From: Candidatus Porifericomitales bacterium
Lineage (GTDB): Bacteria; Pseudomonadota; Gammaproteobacteria; CBDEFV01
DNA: 64,000 nucleotides
Assembly: GCA_965237735.1 (NCBI GenBank)
Contig: CBDEFV010000004.1
Span: 1,006 to 65,005 of the forward strand
Direction of reading: 5' to 3'
Part shown: one piece after another, positions 1 through 10,454 of the stretch
Numbering within the stretch: position 1 is the stretch's first letter
How the letters are laid out: each line of letters opens with the position of its first letter
Notes under the pieces: generated by a model
What the model was told of the DNA's origin: nothing
The model's input: the letters and a program-made list of their open reading frames with translations, nothing else
The model's database searches: none
Program-made: the position numbers and the translations under genes

Positions 1-2784
1 AGGTGAGAGGGGCAGGAAGCTGAACGTCGTCGTGATTGAACCGGGAGCGCCCGGGGCAAAGCCATCGGCCACGGCGCTGAGGGCAACCACAAGCTCGCGC
101 TCGTCGGGCTCAGGGTAGATCTCACGTCTGAGAACTACAGTGATCTCGCCCCTGCCGCTGCTCTCATCGACAACGATGGCCGGGGTGATCGCGGCGCCAT
201 CGACCGCAGCCGTCACCTCCATGCCGCCCGCCAGGGGGCGGCCGCGCAGGTCGTCGGCACTGCAGTCGTAGACCAGGCGGAGTTCGTCGCCGACGATGTC
301 CGTCGCGTCCGCCGGCAGCAGGCCATGCACGGGGTCCGACAGGGTCATGACCGTGTCGGGAACCGCAAAGCGAACCATCACTCTGTCGGTGCCGATGTTG
401 AGACCGCCGCCGCGGCCGGTAACGGTGAATTTAAATTCAAGCTCGGTTGCGTCGGCGGGCATGACAAAGCTGGCGCGGGCGCTGCCGGCACCCGTCAGGT
501 CTACAATGTTGCCGCTGTTGTCGCTCTGTACCCAGGCATAAGTGACATTGTCTCCCCAAGGGTCGGTGCCGCTGGTAGTGGCCCTGAGGGTGACGGTCTG
601 ACCAGCCTCGGCAGTCTGGTCGGCGCCCGCATTAGCGACAGGCAGGAAGTCTGCGCTGCCAGGGTTGTTTTCCAGAAACAGGGACCGCAGTGCTCTGAAC
701 TCGGAGAATACGCCTGTGGGCAATTCTGTCAAGCCGTTGTTGTATAAAAACAGGTCCTCCAACTCCCTGAGGCCGTCGAATACGCCTACGGACAGCATTG
801 CCAGACGGTTGTTGGGCAACCACAGCTCCTGCAGCGCAGTGAGGCTGTCAAATACGCCCACTGGTAATGCCGTCAGGCGATTGTTGGGCAGCCACAACTC
901 CTTCAGCGCAGTGAGATCGTCAAATACGTCCACGGGCAATGCCGTCAGGCGGTTGTTGAGCAACCACAACTGCTGCAACTCGGCGAGACCGTCAAATACA
1001 CCCACGGGCAATGTCGTCAATTCGTTGCCGCTCAGCCACAGATACCCTAGAGCGGTGAGGTCGTTGAATACGCTTGCGGGCAATGCCGCCAGACGGTTGT
1101 CGGACAGCCCCAGTTGCTGTAGTGCAGTAAGGTCCGAAAAGATCCCCTCAGGCAGTTCCGTCAAACTGTTGCTGTATAGATGCAGGATCTCCAGTGCCCC
1201 GAGACCGCCGAATACGCCCAGAGGCAGTTCTGTCAGACGGTTGGCTTCCAGGTACAGAGCCTCCAACGTAGTGAGGCCGAAGAATACACCCGCTGGCAAT
1301 GTCACCAGGCCGTTGTCGGACAGCTGCAGCTGCTGCACCTCAACTAGATCCGCAAAATCTCCCGGCTTCAGGGTTGCAATATTCCTGCCACGCAGAGACA
1401 GGGTGCCGGTGAGACTCTCCAGCTGGACGGCTGTGACCTCCGAACAGTTGGCAGCGGCAGGAATGAGCGCCACCAGTGCATCGCGCACCGCTTCGGTGCG
1501 GCTGCAGACGCCGTCGCTCGATTCGGCCAGGGCACCCTCTACCTTGTGGCTGCCCTGATGATCAGCATGCCCCGGATAGTTCAGGTCGACAGCAAAGCCT
1601 TCCAGGTTTTCAACGGTGCCGGTGCAGCCGGGAAGCTGATCGGGGCCACAGATGCGGATGCCGTCCTCATCGCGATCGCCCGACTGGACGGTATAGGCAA
1701 ATACCAACTGCCTTGTGCCGCTACCGCGGACATAATCGGCCCGGCGCCGCATGCCGCCGATGTCAATCTCTATCGAGGGCGTGCCGCCGGAGCTGCCCAC
1801 CGCCACGGCGTAATTGAACCTCAGGGTCAGTTCGATGACCTCGCCGCAAAAATAGGTGTCGCCGGCAACCGGGGCCGAGGTCACCGCCAAGTCGGTGACC
1901 GAAATGCCGGTGACGGCGACCCTGTCCGTGTCGGCGTAGCTTTCCCCGACGCTGTAGCCAGGGCCCCTGACGGTGAGCTCAAATTCAAGTTCAATGGCAC
2001 CGGCGGGCATGACAAAACTGGGGCGGGCACCGTTGGCATCCATCAGAGTCACAGCCGGGCTGCTGCCATGAGTCTGCGCCCAGGCGTAGATGACATTGTC
2101 TCCCCAGGGGTCGGCGTCGCTGACGATGGCGGTGAGAGTGACGGCCTGGCCAACTCCGGCTTGCTGATCGGCGCCGGCATTGGCAATGGGAACAAAGTTC
2201 GCGCTGCCGAGATTCCCGCCCAGTTCCAGGAACGACAGCGCCCTGAGGTCCCTGAACAGGCCCGCAGGCAGGACCGCCAGGCTGTTGTCTTCCAGAGACA
2301 AATATTCCAGGGCAGGGAGGTCGGCGAAGGCGTCTGCGGACAGGATCGTCAACATGTTTTCATTCAGTTGCAGGAATCTCAGCGCGCCGAGGCCGTCAAA
2401 CAAGTCCGGGGGCAAGGCCGCAAGTCTGTTTTTGTGGAGCAACAGACGAAGCAGGGAGAGTTCGTCAAAGATATCAGCGGGCAGGGCCATTAAATGGTTA
2501 TCATTCAATTGCAGATCAGCCAGACTGCGGGAGTCGGTGAATATGTTCGAAGGCAGCGTCTTCAGGCGGTTGCTGGACAGTTCCAGGAATTCCATCGAGG
2601 TGAGATCAGTGAATATATTCGCCGGCAATTCCGTCAGGGAGTTGTAGTCCAGAAGCAGAGACATCAGCGCAGTCAGGCCGGTGAAGGCGCCCGGGGAAAG
2701 TGCCGTCAACTGGTTGGAATTCAGGTTCAGGAGTAGCAAGGCACTGAGACCCTCGAATACGCCCGCCGGCAAAGTCACCTGATT
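1..2784 (-). CDS. C-terminal open segment of the LRR protein (LRR modules 2 and 3 with PKD-like domains); no stop seen before the window edge
   Basis: Hand-translated blocks stay in one frame from VFEGLSALLLLNLNSNQL (2760) to SFLPLSP (1). Absent from the ORF track because it has no stop in the window. Confidence 0.8.
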
Positions 2785-3363
2785 TCAGTGTCTGTATGCC
2801 TTTGTTCCCCAGAGACAGCTGGCCGGTGATACTCCGGAGCTGGGCAGCCGTGACTTGGGAACAGTTGACAGCTCCGGAAATGCGCCTCAGCAGTTCATCG
2901 CGCACCGCCTTGGTGCGGCTGCAGATTGCCGCCGCTCAGCCCTGCCCTGGCACCCTCCACCCTATGGTGGCCCTGATCCTCATGCCTCGGGTGACGCAGC
3001 ATTGGTGCCCTGCCTTCACGGCTCTCAATGGTACCTCCGCCCAGGCTGATGACGCCTGTGCAGCCGGGAAGCTGATCGAGGCCGCAGATGCGGAGGCCGT
3101 CCTCATCGAGATCGCCCGACTCTACGGCGTAGGCGAACACCAGCTGAGTCGTGTCGCTGCCGCGAACATAGCGGGCCCGGCGCCTCGCACCGCCAATGTC
3201 AAGCTCTATTGAGGGTGTGCCCCCGGCGGTGTCAACCACCAGGGCGCGGTTGAATGTCAAGGTCAGCTCAATGACCTCGCCGCGAAAGTAGGTGTCGCCC
3301 TCAACCGGATCGGAAGTGACCGCCACGCCGGTAACAAGGATGCCGGCAACAATGGCCCTGGCC

Positions 3364-4683
3364 TTACTGCTGTAATAGTGACTGGCAACGCCGCCGCGGC
3401 CGGCCGCGGCCGGTGGCGGTGAGCTCAAATTCAAGCCCGGTGATGCCGGCCGGCATGGCAAAGCTGGGACGGGCACTGTCGGCCCCCATCAGATCGATGG
3501 TGTTGCTGCTGTCGCCAATCTGCGCCCAGGCATAGCCGACATTGTCCCCCCAAGGGTCGGTGTCGCTGGCTGTAGCCGTGAGGGTGACGACTTCGCCGGC
3601 CATGGCTTGCCGATAAGGGCCTGCATGGGCGACAGGCAGGAAGTCCGCGCTACCGGGGTTGTTCCACAGCATCAGAATCTCCAGCGCCCTGAGACCGGAG
3701 AAGATGCCCGGGGGCAATGCCGTCAGGCGGTTGCCGCTCAGAAACAGAACCTCCAGTTTGCTGAGGCCTGAGAATGCATCCGCTGGCAATTCCGCCAAGT
3801 TATTGTTGTCCAGAAACAGAGCCTCCAGTTTGCTGAGGCCTGAGAATGCATCCGCTGGCAATTCCGCCAAGTTATTTTTGTCCAGAGACAGAGTCTCCAG
3901 TGCCCTGAGGCCTGAGAATGCATCCGCTGGCAATTCCGCCAAGTTATTGTTGTACAGAGACAGAGTCTCCAGTGCCCTGAGGTCTGAGAATGCACCCCCG
4001 GGCAATTCCGCCAAGTTGTTGTTGCCCAGAGACAGAGTCTCCAGTGCCCTGAGGTCTGGTAATGCACCCTCGGGCAATTCCGCCAGACGGTTGTCAAACA
4101 AAGACAGAATTCTCAGAACGACGAGGCCCGTGAATGCACCCTCGGGCAATTCCGTCAGACGGTTGCCGAACAGGAACAGTTCTTTCAGTTTATTAAGGCC
4201 AGGGAAGACGCCCGCGGTCAGTGTCCCCAAGTTGTTGCCTCCCAGATGCAGAGTCTCCAGCGCACCGAGGTCGGAGAATGCACCCAAGGACAATTCTGTC
4301 AGGACGTTGTTGCGCAAATTCAGAGTCCTGAGCGCAGTGAGGCCGGAAAAATCGCCTGCCCGCAGCGTCATGATGCCATTCCCTGCCAAATCGAGAGAGG
4401 TGATCCCCGCAAGGTGGATGTCCGTGACTTCCGCGCAACTGCGGGCAGTCCTCACCGCTCTGACAATACCTGCGCGAACCTCCACAGTGCGGTCGCAGAC
4501 GGGAGTTGGGGCCATGTCGGAGTTGGACGGCTGAGCCTGGGCAGCAGAGGCCGCTACCGCCAGCCCGAACGCCAGCAGGGCCAAGGATCCCCGCCTCAAG
4601 GGGTGTGAAAAAGCGCAACAAACTCCCGAGGGCAAAGACCGAGGTCTGTTGCCGGGTAATGATGGAACGGGTCTCTTCTTCAC
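3364..4683 (-). CDS. N-terminal segment of the LRR protein (signal peptide, LRR module 1, PKD-like domain)
   Basis: ORF track 439 aa; signal-like LALLAFGLAVAASAAQA; about 11 LRRs of 24 aa. Confidence 0.85.
   Translation of the reverse strand: MKKRPVPSLPGNRPRSLPSGVCCAFSHPLRRGSLALLAFGLAVAASAAQAQPSNSDMAPTPVCDRTVEVRAGIVRAVRTARSCAEVTDIHLAGITSLDLAGNGIMTLRAGDFSGLTALRTLNLRNNVLTELSLGAFSDLGALETLHLGGNNLGTLTAGVFPGLNKLKELFLFGNRLTELPEGAFTGLVVLRILSLFDNRLAELPEGALPDLRALETLSLGNNNLAELPGGAFSDLRALETLSLYNNNLAELPADAFSGLRALETLSLDKNNLAELPADAFSGLSKLEALFLDNNNLAELPADAFSGLSKLEVLFLSGNRLTALPPGIFSGLRALEILMLWNNPGSADFLPVAHAGPYRQAMAGEVVTLTATASDTDPWGDNVGYAWAQIGDSSNTIDLMGADSARPSFAMPAGITGLEFELTATGRGRPRRRCQSLLQQ
3751..4090. repeat. 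Near-identical 72-bp tandem repeats encoding LRR units
   Basis: ctccag...gaatgca...ggcaattccgccaagtt recurs at 3751, 3823, 3895, 3967 and 4039. Confidence 0.9.
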
Positions 4684-4978
4684 AGGAAGCTCCCCAGCCG
4701 CTCGGGCTGGCGTTAGAACAAGCGTCCAAGAAGATTCTTAATTCCTTGGGGTGCTGGCGCCTCTTCTGCATTTCAGCAAGCAGGTCCTGCGCCACTTCCC
4801 TTCTGGGAAATTTCGAAAGTCCTTGCTTATGCAAGCTAGCACAAAGGGGGTTAAAATAGCAATAGCATGAAATAGCAATTTTAACAAAACTGTAATATAT
4901 AAAATAAAAAGCTTTATATCAGGGCTTTACTGAACTGGATGTCTCCGCGGATGACCACCTTCTCGCAGAACAAAAGCC

Positions 4979-5002
4979 GGGGGGGGGGGGGGGGGGGGGG
5001 GG
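4979..5002. repeat. G24 homopolymer tract between secG and the LRR gene
   Basis: 24 consecutive G counted. Confidence 0.9.
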
Positions 5003-5083
5003 CAAAGGTCTCTCCCGGTCTCTTTTAACTTCTCTTTGGTCGAGGGCCGCAAGCGTATCACCGCCCCGGAGACTCAAGGCTTT

Positions 5084-5443
5084 CTAGTTATCTTTGTCGA
5101 TGGCCGGAGGTGCATCGCCGGTCTCAGCCGCCGCCGGCATATGCTCGGGGGCGGGGGCCTCGGCGGCGCCACGGGCGCTGGATTCGGTTGCCAGTATCTC
5201 CTCGAGACTGCTGCCGCCGCGATGGGCCGCCAGGTAGACCAGGGCGAGGTTGGCAAAGAAGAACAGAATTGCCAGGGCTGTGGTCGCTTTGACCAGCAAC
5301 GGCGCCGGGCCGCCGGCGCCGAAGACGTTGGAACCGCCGCCGAAAGAGGCGCCGGCATCGGCGCCTTTGCCCTGCTGCAACAGGACGAGCACAATGATGG
5401 CAACGGCGAAGAGCACATGGAAAATCAGCAGGATAGTGGCCAT
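5084..5443 (-). CDS. secG: Preprotein translocase subunit SecG
   Basis: VLLQQGKGADAGASFGGGS motif, two TM segments, downstream of tpiA. Confidence 0.95.
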   Translation of the reverse strand: MATILLIFHVLFAVAIIVLVLLQQGKGADAGASFGGGSNVFGAGGPAPLLVKATTALAILFFFANLALVYLAAHRGGSSLEEILATESSARGAAEAPAPEHMPAAAETGDAPPAIDKDN

Positions 5444-5488
5444 AAAAAATGATTCCTCGGCTAAAGGTGCAATCGGGGGAGTGAAACT

Positions 5489-6229
5489 CTAAAGGCGGCG
5501 GGCGGCCGAAGTCACCAGGGCGGCCAAGGCGTCGGCTCTGAGCGAGGCGCCGCCGACGAGGCCGCCATCGACATCGGCAAGGGACAACAGTTCATCGGCG
5601 TTGTCCGGCGACAGGCTGCCGCCGTAGAGGATGGGAACAGCCGTCAGCGACAGCTCCCTGAGACGCCGGCGAAGGGCGCCGTGCATGAGGCTGACATCCT
5701 CGACGGAGGCGCTGCCGCCGCCGCCGATGGCCCAGACAGGCTCGTAGGCGACAAGGGCGCTGTCGAGCCCGGCCAAATCCTCGCCGCTGGCGAAAACAGC
5801 ATCGAGTTGGCACAGCACCACCTGCTCGGCCTGGCCGCGATCGCGCTCGGCAAGGGTTTCGCCGACGCAGAGGAGCGGGCGCAGCCCCTGCTCCAGAGCC
5901 TGACGACAGCGTTCGAGGACGCGGGCATCGGTGTCATTGTAATGGGTGCGGCGCTCGGAGTGGCCGACAATGACATAAGTACAGCCGCAGGCGCGGAGCA
6001 TGGCCGCCGAAACTTCTCCGGTACGGGCGCCGGCAGCGACATCGCCGACATTCTGGGCGCCGAGGGCGATGCCCTTGCCGGCAAAGACGCGGGCGGCCTC
6101 GGCAAGCCAGATAAAGGGCGGGCAGATAACCGTCTCGACTCCGTCGGCCGACAGCATGGCCTCGGCCATAGCGGCCAGAGTGGCGGCATCGCCATTCATC
6201 TTCCAGTTGCCGACGATGTACTTCGTCAT
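5489..6229 (-). CDS. tpiA: Triosephosphate isomerase
   Basis: GNWKMN, GHSERR, AYEPVW, YGGS, LVGGASL motifs; start taken as MTKYIVGNWK. Confidence 0.97.
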   Translation of the reverse strand: MTKYIVGNWKMNGDAATLAAMAEAMLSADGVETVICPPFIWLAEAARVFAGKGIALGAQNVGDVAAGARTGEVSAAMLRACGCTYVIVGHSERRTHYNDTDARVLERCRQALEQGLRPLLCVGETLAERDRGQAEQVVLCQLDAVFASGEDLAGLDSALVAYEPVWAIGGGGSASVEDVSLMHGALRRRLRELSLTAVPILYGGSLSPDNADELLSLADVDGGLVGGASLRADALAALVTSAARRL

Positions 6230-6239
6230 CTTCCCGGTC

Positions 6240-7230
6240 TCAACCGCCGACCAGTGCCTGGGCCTGGACATCGGCGTGGTAGGACGAGCGCACCATGGGG
6301 CCGCTCGCCACTTGCCGGAAGCCGAGTCTGCGGGCGGTCTCCCCGAGCTCATCGAACTCCTCGGGAGAGGCGTAGCGGCGCACCGGCAGATGGCCGGGGC
6401 CAGGCCTCAGATACTGGCCAAGGGTGAGCATGGCGACGCCGTACCGGCGCAGGTCGCCGCATGACCTCTTCGACTTCGGCACCCTCCTCGCCGAGACCCA
6501 GCATAAGGCCCGACTTGGTAGGCACGGCGGGGAAGCGCCGACGGTGCTGCTGCAACAGTTTCAGCGAATGGAAGTAATCGGCCCCCGGGCGCACAGCCCG
6601 GTAGAGGCGCGGCACGGTTTCGAGATTGTGGTTGAAAACATCGGCCGGGGCCTGAGCCAAAGATTCGAGCGCGGACTCCATACGACCACGGAAGTCCGGC
6701 GTCAGAATCTCGATTTTCAGCTCCGGCGAGGCCGCCCGCATCTGTTGTACACAAGCGGCAAAATGGGAGGCGCCGCCGTCTTCAAGATCATCGCGGTCAA
6801 CCGAGGTGACGACCACATAGCGCAGGCCGAGCTCGGCGACGGCCTCGGCCAGCTGCCGCGGCTCTTCGGCGTCGAGCGGCTGGGGACGGCCGTGGGCTAC
6901 ATCGCAGAAGGGGCAACGGCGGGTGCAGATGTCGCCCATGATCATAAAAGTGGCGACTCCGTGCGAAAAGCACTCCCCGAGGTTGGGGCAGGCGGCCTCT
7001 TCACAGACGGAGCTGAGCCCCCGTTGGCGCAGCAGCTGTTTGACCCGCATGACCTCGGGCCCCGCCGGCAGTGGAGCGCGGATCCACCTGGGCTTGGCCG
7101 GGGACTCGACGCTGAAATCGACGGTCACGGGGATGCGCGCAAGCTTGGCGGCACCGCGCAGGTGGCCAAGGGGGTCGCGGCGGGAAGGCGCGACCAGGGC
7201 TGACTGCGGTGTTGCGGTAAAGGAATTCAT
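6240..7230 (-). CDS. lipA: Lipoyl synthase (one apparent +1 frameshift near 6459)
   Basis: [12 protein letters not shown] and CTRRCPFC motifs; the C-terminus LTLGQYLRP...VRSSYHA continues in another frame (6240..6482). Confidence 0.93.
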
Positions 7231-7237
7231 GCAGGTT

Positions 7238-7921
7238 TCAGGAAGAGAGACGAAGGCCGAGCTGACGACTGAGGTGCTGCATCAGGGCATTTTCAATCTC
7301 GCCCCATGAGGGAGGCGGGATCCAGTCGCTGAGGCGGGTAACCCTGAGACCGGGAAAACCGCAGGGATCGATGGCGGCAAAGGGTGCGAGATCGACGTCG
7401 ACATTGAGGGCCAGGCCGTGAAAGGAGCGGCCGCGGGAGATGCGGAGACCGAGGGAGGCCATTTTGGCCCCCTCGACGTAAATGCCCGGACCGGGGCTAC
7501 CGGCCGAAGCTGTCAGAGAAAAATCGGCCAGCAGATCGACGACGGCCTGCTCCAGTGTCCCGACCAAGCGGCGCGGACCGAGGCCGAGGCGCGCCAGATC
7601 GACAAGGACATAGAGAATCATCTGCCCCGGACCATGATAGGTGATTTGGCCGCCGCGGTCGCTGCGAATGACGGGAATGCCCTCTATTGTCGAAGGCATC
7701 GGCGAATGCCGCCGCCGGCTTGCCACCGCCAGGCCCAAGGTATAAACCGGCTCGTGCTGCAGCAGCCAGAACTCATCGCAGCCGCCCTCAAGGGTTTTCT
7801 GCTGCATGCCGCGCCACACCCGCTCGTAGGGGCGGATCCCGAAGCGGCGCACGGCCACGGGTCCGGGGCGCTCCTCCGGCGACGGTAGCGGCAAGGGGAC
7901 GGCCTCAGGCGACAAAGCCAT
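7238..7921 (-). CDS. lipB: Octanoyltransferase LipB
   Basis: [39 protein letters not shown] motifs. Confidence 0.95.
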   Translation of the reverse strand: MALSPEAVPLPLPSPEERPGPVAVRRFGIRPYERVWRGMQQKTLEGGCDEFWLLQHEPVYTLGLAVASRRRHSPMPSTIEGIPVIRSDRGGQITYHGPGQMILYVLVDLARLGLGPRRLVGTLEQAVVDLLADFSLTASAGSPGPGIYVEGAKMASLGLRISRGRSFHGLALNVDVDLAPFAAIDPCGFPGLRVTRLSDWIPPPSWGEIENALMQHLSRQLGLRLSS

Positions 7922-7931
7922 CAGAAAGAGG

Positions 7932-8291
7932 TCATCTCGAGTTTCCGCTGAATTCTTCCAAGCCCTGACGGCCGAGGCGGCGGAAAAAGCAGCTGCGCCG
8001 ATTTCTGTGGCAGGCATGGCCGTGCTGACGCACCTGCAGCAGCAGCGAGGCGTTGTCGTCGGCGACGCCCAGCTGCAGAAGCTGCTGGCGGTTGCCGGAC
8101 TGCTCGCCCTTGACCCAGAGTTGCCGGCGCGAGCGCGACCAATAGCAGACAGAGCTGGTCTCGCCCTGTTGTTCAAGGGATTCACGGCTCATCCATGCCT
8201 GCATGAGGACATCGCCATTTTCCCTGTCCTGGGCAACGGCCGGCAGCAGGCCGTTGCGATCGAAGCGCAGCTGCCCGAGCAGATGGTGCAT
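7932..8291 (-). CDS. hisI: Phosphoribosyl-AMP cyclohydrolase domain B: keeps SRSR/KGEQSG and ACH...SCF, lacks DCDxD. The frame is open upstream to 8519
   Basis: GLLPAVAQD, YWSRSRRQLWVKGEQSGN, ACHRNRRSCFF. Confidence 0.88.
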   Translation of the reverse strand: MHHLLGQLRFDRNGLLPAVAQDRENGDVLMQAWMSRESLEQQGETSSVCYWSRSRRQLWVKGEQSGNRQQLLQLGVADDNASLLLQVRQHGHACHRNRRSCFFRRLGRQGLEEFSGNSR

Positions 8292-8464
8292 CAGCGCCCG
8301 CGACCGGGAAGCCGGAGCTTTGTCCCGGACTGCAGTTTTTGCGGGCAGGGTCTTGGGAAGGGCGCTGTCGGCGGTGGCGAACTCGACCGGGTGCCGCTGG
8401 TAAGAGCTCGGCAAAACCGCCCTGTCCCGATCGGGCTCCACACTCCGCTCCCGGCCCTCCTGCC

Positions 8465-8821
8465 TCAGCTGTTCCCCATCCCGTCCGGCAAGGGGGGGAG
8501 CAGTGTCAGAATCAGGCAATCGCCGTCGCAGTCGAGGCGTACATCGACGATTCTGACTCCGCTGCCAAAGGACACAGGCGCGGAATCGCCCAGGCCGAAG
8601 CCGACAAAACCACCGCCTTCGAGCTGTCTGCGCAGCATGGGAAGATCGAGCCAGCAGAGAGTCAGCACCCTGGTCGTAAGGGCATCCTGGGCAATGGCGA
8701 GGATCTGGCCTCTGTCATTGAGCTTCAGCTGTCCCTCGAGCGCGTCCAAGGCGGCTTTCGGCGGCAGCTCGCAGGAGGGGCGGCTTTCTCGCTCCAGGGA
8801 ATCAGGGGAAAGGATAGGCAT
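8465..8821 (-). CDS. Degenerate HisI-like domain A: keeps DCDGD, lacks SRSR/KGE and ACH...SCF. May be fused to domain B across the G7 run at 8492-8498
   Basis: LKLNDRGQILAIAQD...VL and IVDVRLDCDGDCLILTL align with the HisI fold. Confidence 0.75.
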   Translation of the reverse strand: MPILSPDSLERESRPSCELPPKAALDALEGQLKLNDRGQILAIAQDALTTRVLTLCWLDLPMLRRQLEGGGFVGFGLGDSAPVSFGSGVRIVDVRLDCDGDCLILTLLPPLPDGMGNS

Positions 8822-8988
8822 GACTGGGATCCGGGGTTCGGGGGCAGGCCAGAGGGCTGCAGGCCGAGTCTGACCGCACAGTCATGCGGGCATGACTGAA
8901 GCAATTGTCGACAGACTCTTATTCTAGCAAAGCCGCGGCGACTTTGCCACCGTGCCCAGGTCAGTTGGCGGCGGAGGCCGGGGGAGTT

Positions 8989-10454
8989 TCAGTCGGGTTC
9001 GCCGGGGGCCGCCAGGGCCTGGCGCAGGGCATCGCCGAGAGCGCGGGCATCGGCTCCTCTGCCGGCCTCGGCCAGGGCGCGGCCGACGAGAAAACCAAAA
9101 ACTTTCGTCTTGCCTGAGCGGTACTCCCCGACTTGCCGGGGGTTGCCGGCCAGGACGCGCTGCGCCAGTTCGGCGAGATCGCCGGCATCGGCCCTGTCGG
9201 CAAAGCCTGAGGCGGCGATGAGAGCGTCTATGTCCTTGTCGCTGCCGCCCTCCCCCCACAACTGCTCAAGCAACTGCTTGCCCTGGGCGTGGGACAGGGC
9301 GCCGCCGGCCACCCGCGCCACCAGCTGACCCAAGGCTTCCGGGGCCAGGGGCGCGTCTTTCAGCTCGAGGCCATGGCGGCGGACCCTCCCCATGACTTCG
9401 GTCAGCAGCCAGTTGGCGACAAGGCGGCCGCGGCCGTCGGCAGCCTCGGTGGCGCGATCAAAAAATCGGCGCGGGCCGGATCCGACAGCAGGGCATCGCA
9501 CTCCTCGGCCCTCAGGCCGAAATCGCTGCCGTAACGGCGGCGGCGGGCGGCGGGAAGCTCAGGCAGGGAGGCGCGCTCCTCTTCGATCATGCCGGCATCG
9601 AGAATCAGGGGTGGCAGGTCGGGGTCGGGAAAGTAGCGGTAGTCCTCGGCATCCTCCTTGGCCCGCATGGGACGGGTCTCGCCGGTTTTCTCGGCAAAGA
9701 GCCGCGTCTCCTGCACGACTCTGCCGCCTCCTGAGAGAATCTCCTGCTGGCGCCTGATCTCAAAGTCGAGGGCGCGCTCGAGGAAGCGGAAGGAGTTGAG
9801 GTTCTTGATCTCGGCGCGGATGCCGAGCTCCTCAGAACCCCTGGGCCGCAGCGAGATGTTGGCGTCAAAGCGCAGGTTGCCCTTTTCCATGTCGCCGTCG
9901 CAGATGGCCAGATGGATGGCGAGGGTGTGGATTTCGCGGGCGCAGGCCACGGCTTCTGACGGGCTGCGCAGATCGGGCTCGGACACCACCTCCAGCAGAG
10001 GGACGCCGGCGCGGTTCAGGTCGATGCGGCTGTCGGCGCCCACATGCACGGATTTGCCGGCATCCTCCTCGAGGTGGGCCCGCGTCAGGCGGATACGGCG
10101 CTCCTCAGCGTCTGCCGCGGCCGGCAGATCGATGCCGCCGCCGACAAGGATGGGATCCCTGTGCTGCGAGATCTGGTAACCCTTGGGCAGGTCGGGGTAA
10201 AAGTAGTTCTTGCGGGCGAAGATCGACCGCGGCCGAATCTCGGCGCCGACGGCGAGGCCGAAGCGCACCGCCATGGCCAGGGCCCGGGCGTTGACCACCG
10301 GCAGGGCGCCGGGCATGGCCAGATCGACGGGGTTTGCCTGGCAGTTGGCGTCGGAGCCAAAGGCCGTCGGGGAGGTGGAAAACATCTTGCTGTCGGTGGC
10401 GAGTTGGACGTGCACCTCCAGACCGATCACCGCCTCGTAGCCGCGGGCGCTCAT
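8989..10454 (-). CDS. gatB: Asp/Glu-tRNA amidotransferase subunit B (apparent frameshift in the A6 run near 9462)
   Basis: IGLEVHVQL, RKNYFYPDLPKGYQISQ, DYRYFPDPDL; Yqey-like tail in 8989..9501. Confidence 0.95.

Larger units (their letters stand above)
1..4683 (-). pseudogene. Giant secreted modular LRR protein, interrupted by three frameshifts and running off the window. Architecture: signal peptide, 3 x [Cys N-cap, 24-aa LRR block, PKD/Ig-like domain], with a second beta-rich domain between modules
   Basis: Manual translation of the minus strand. The N-cap C(D/S)RTxxVR...NC occurs 3 times, there are LxxLxLxxNxLxxLPxGxF repeats, and the C-cap NPGSADFLPVA(H/N)AG followed by DPWGDNV.YAW.Q occurs 3 times. 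The domain GDTYF.GEVIELTL.FN occurs twice. Frame changes at about 3400, 2927 and 2770. Confidence 0.8.

Noticed and set aside
296-4608. Plus-strand ORFs such as 665..1558, 1546..2493 and 3659..4534
   Set aside because: Antisense shadows of the minus-strand LRR gene.
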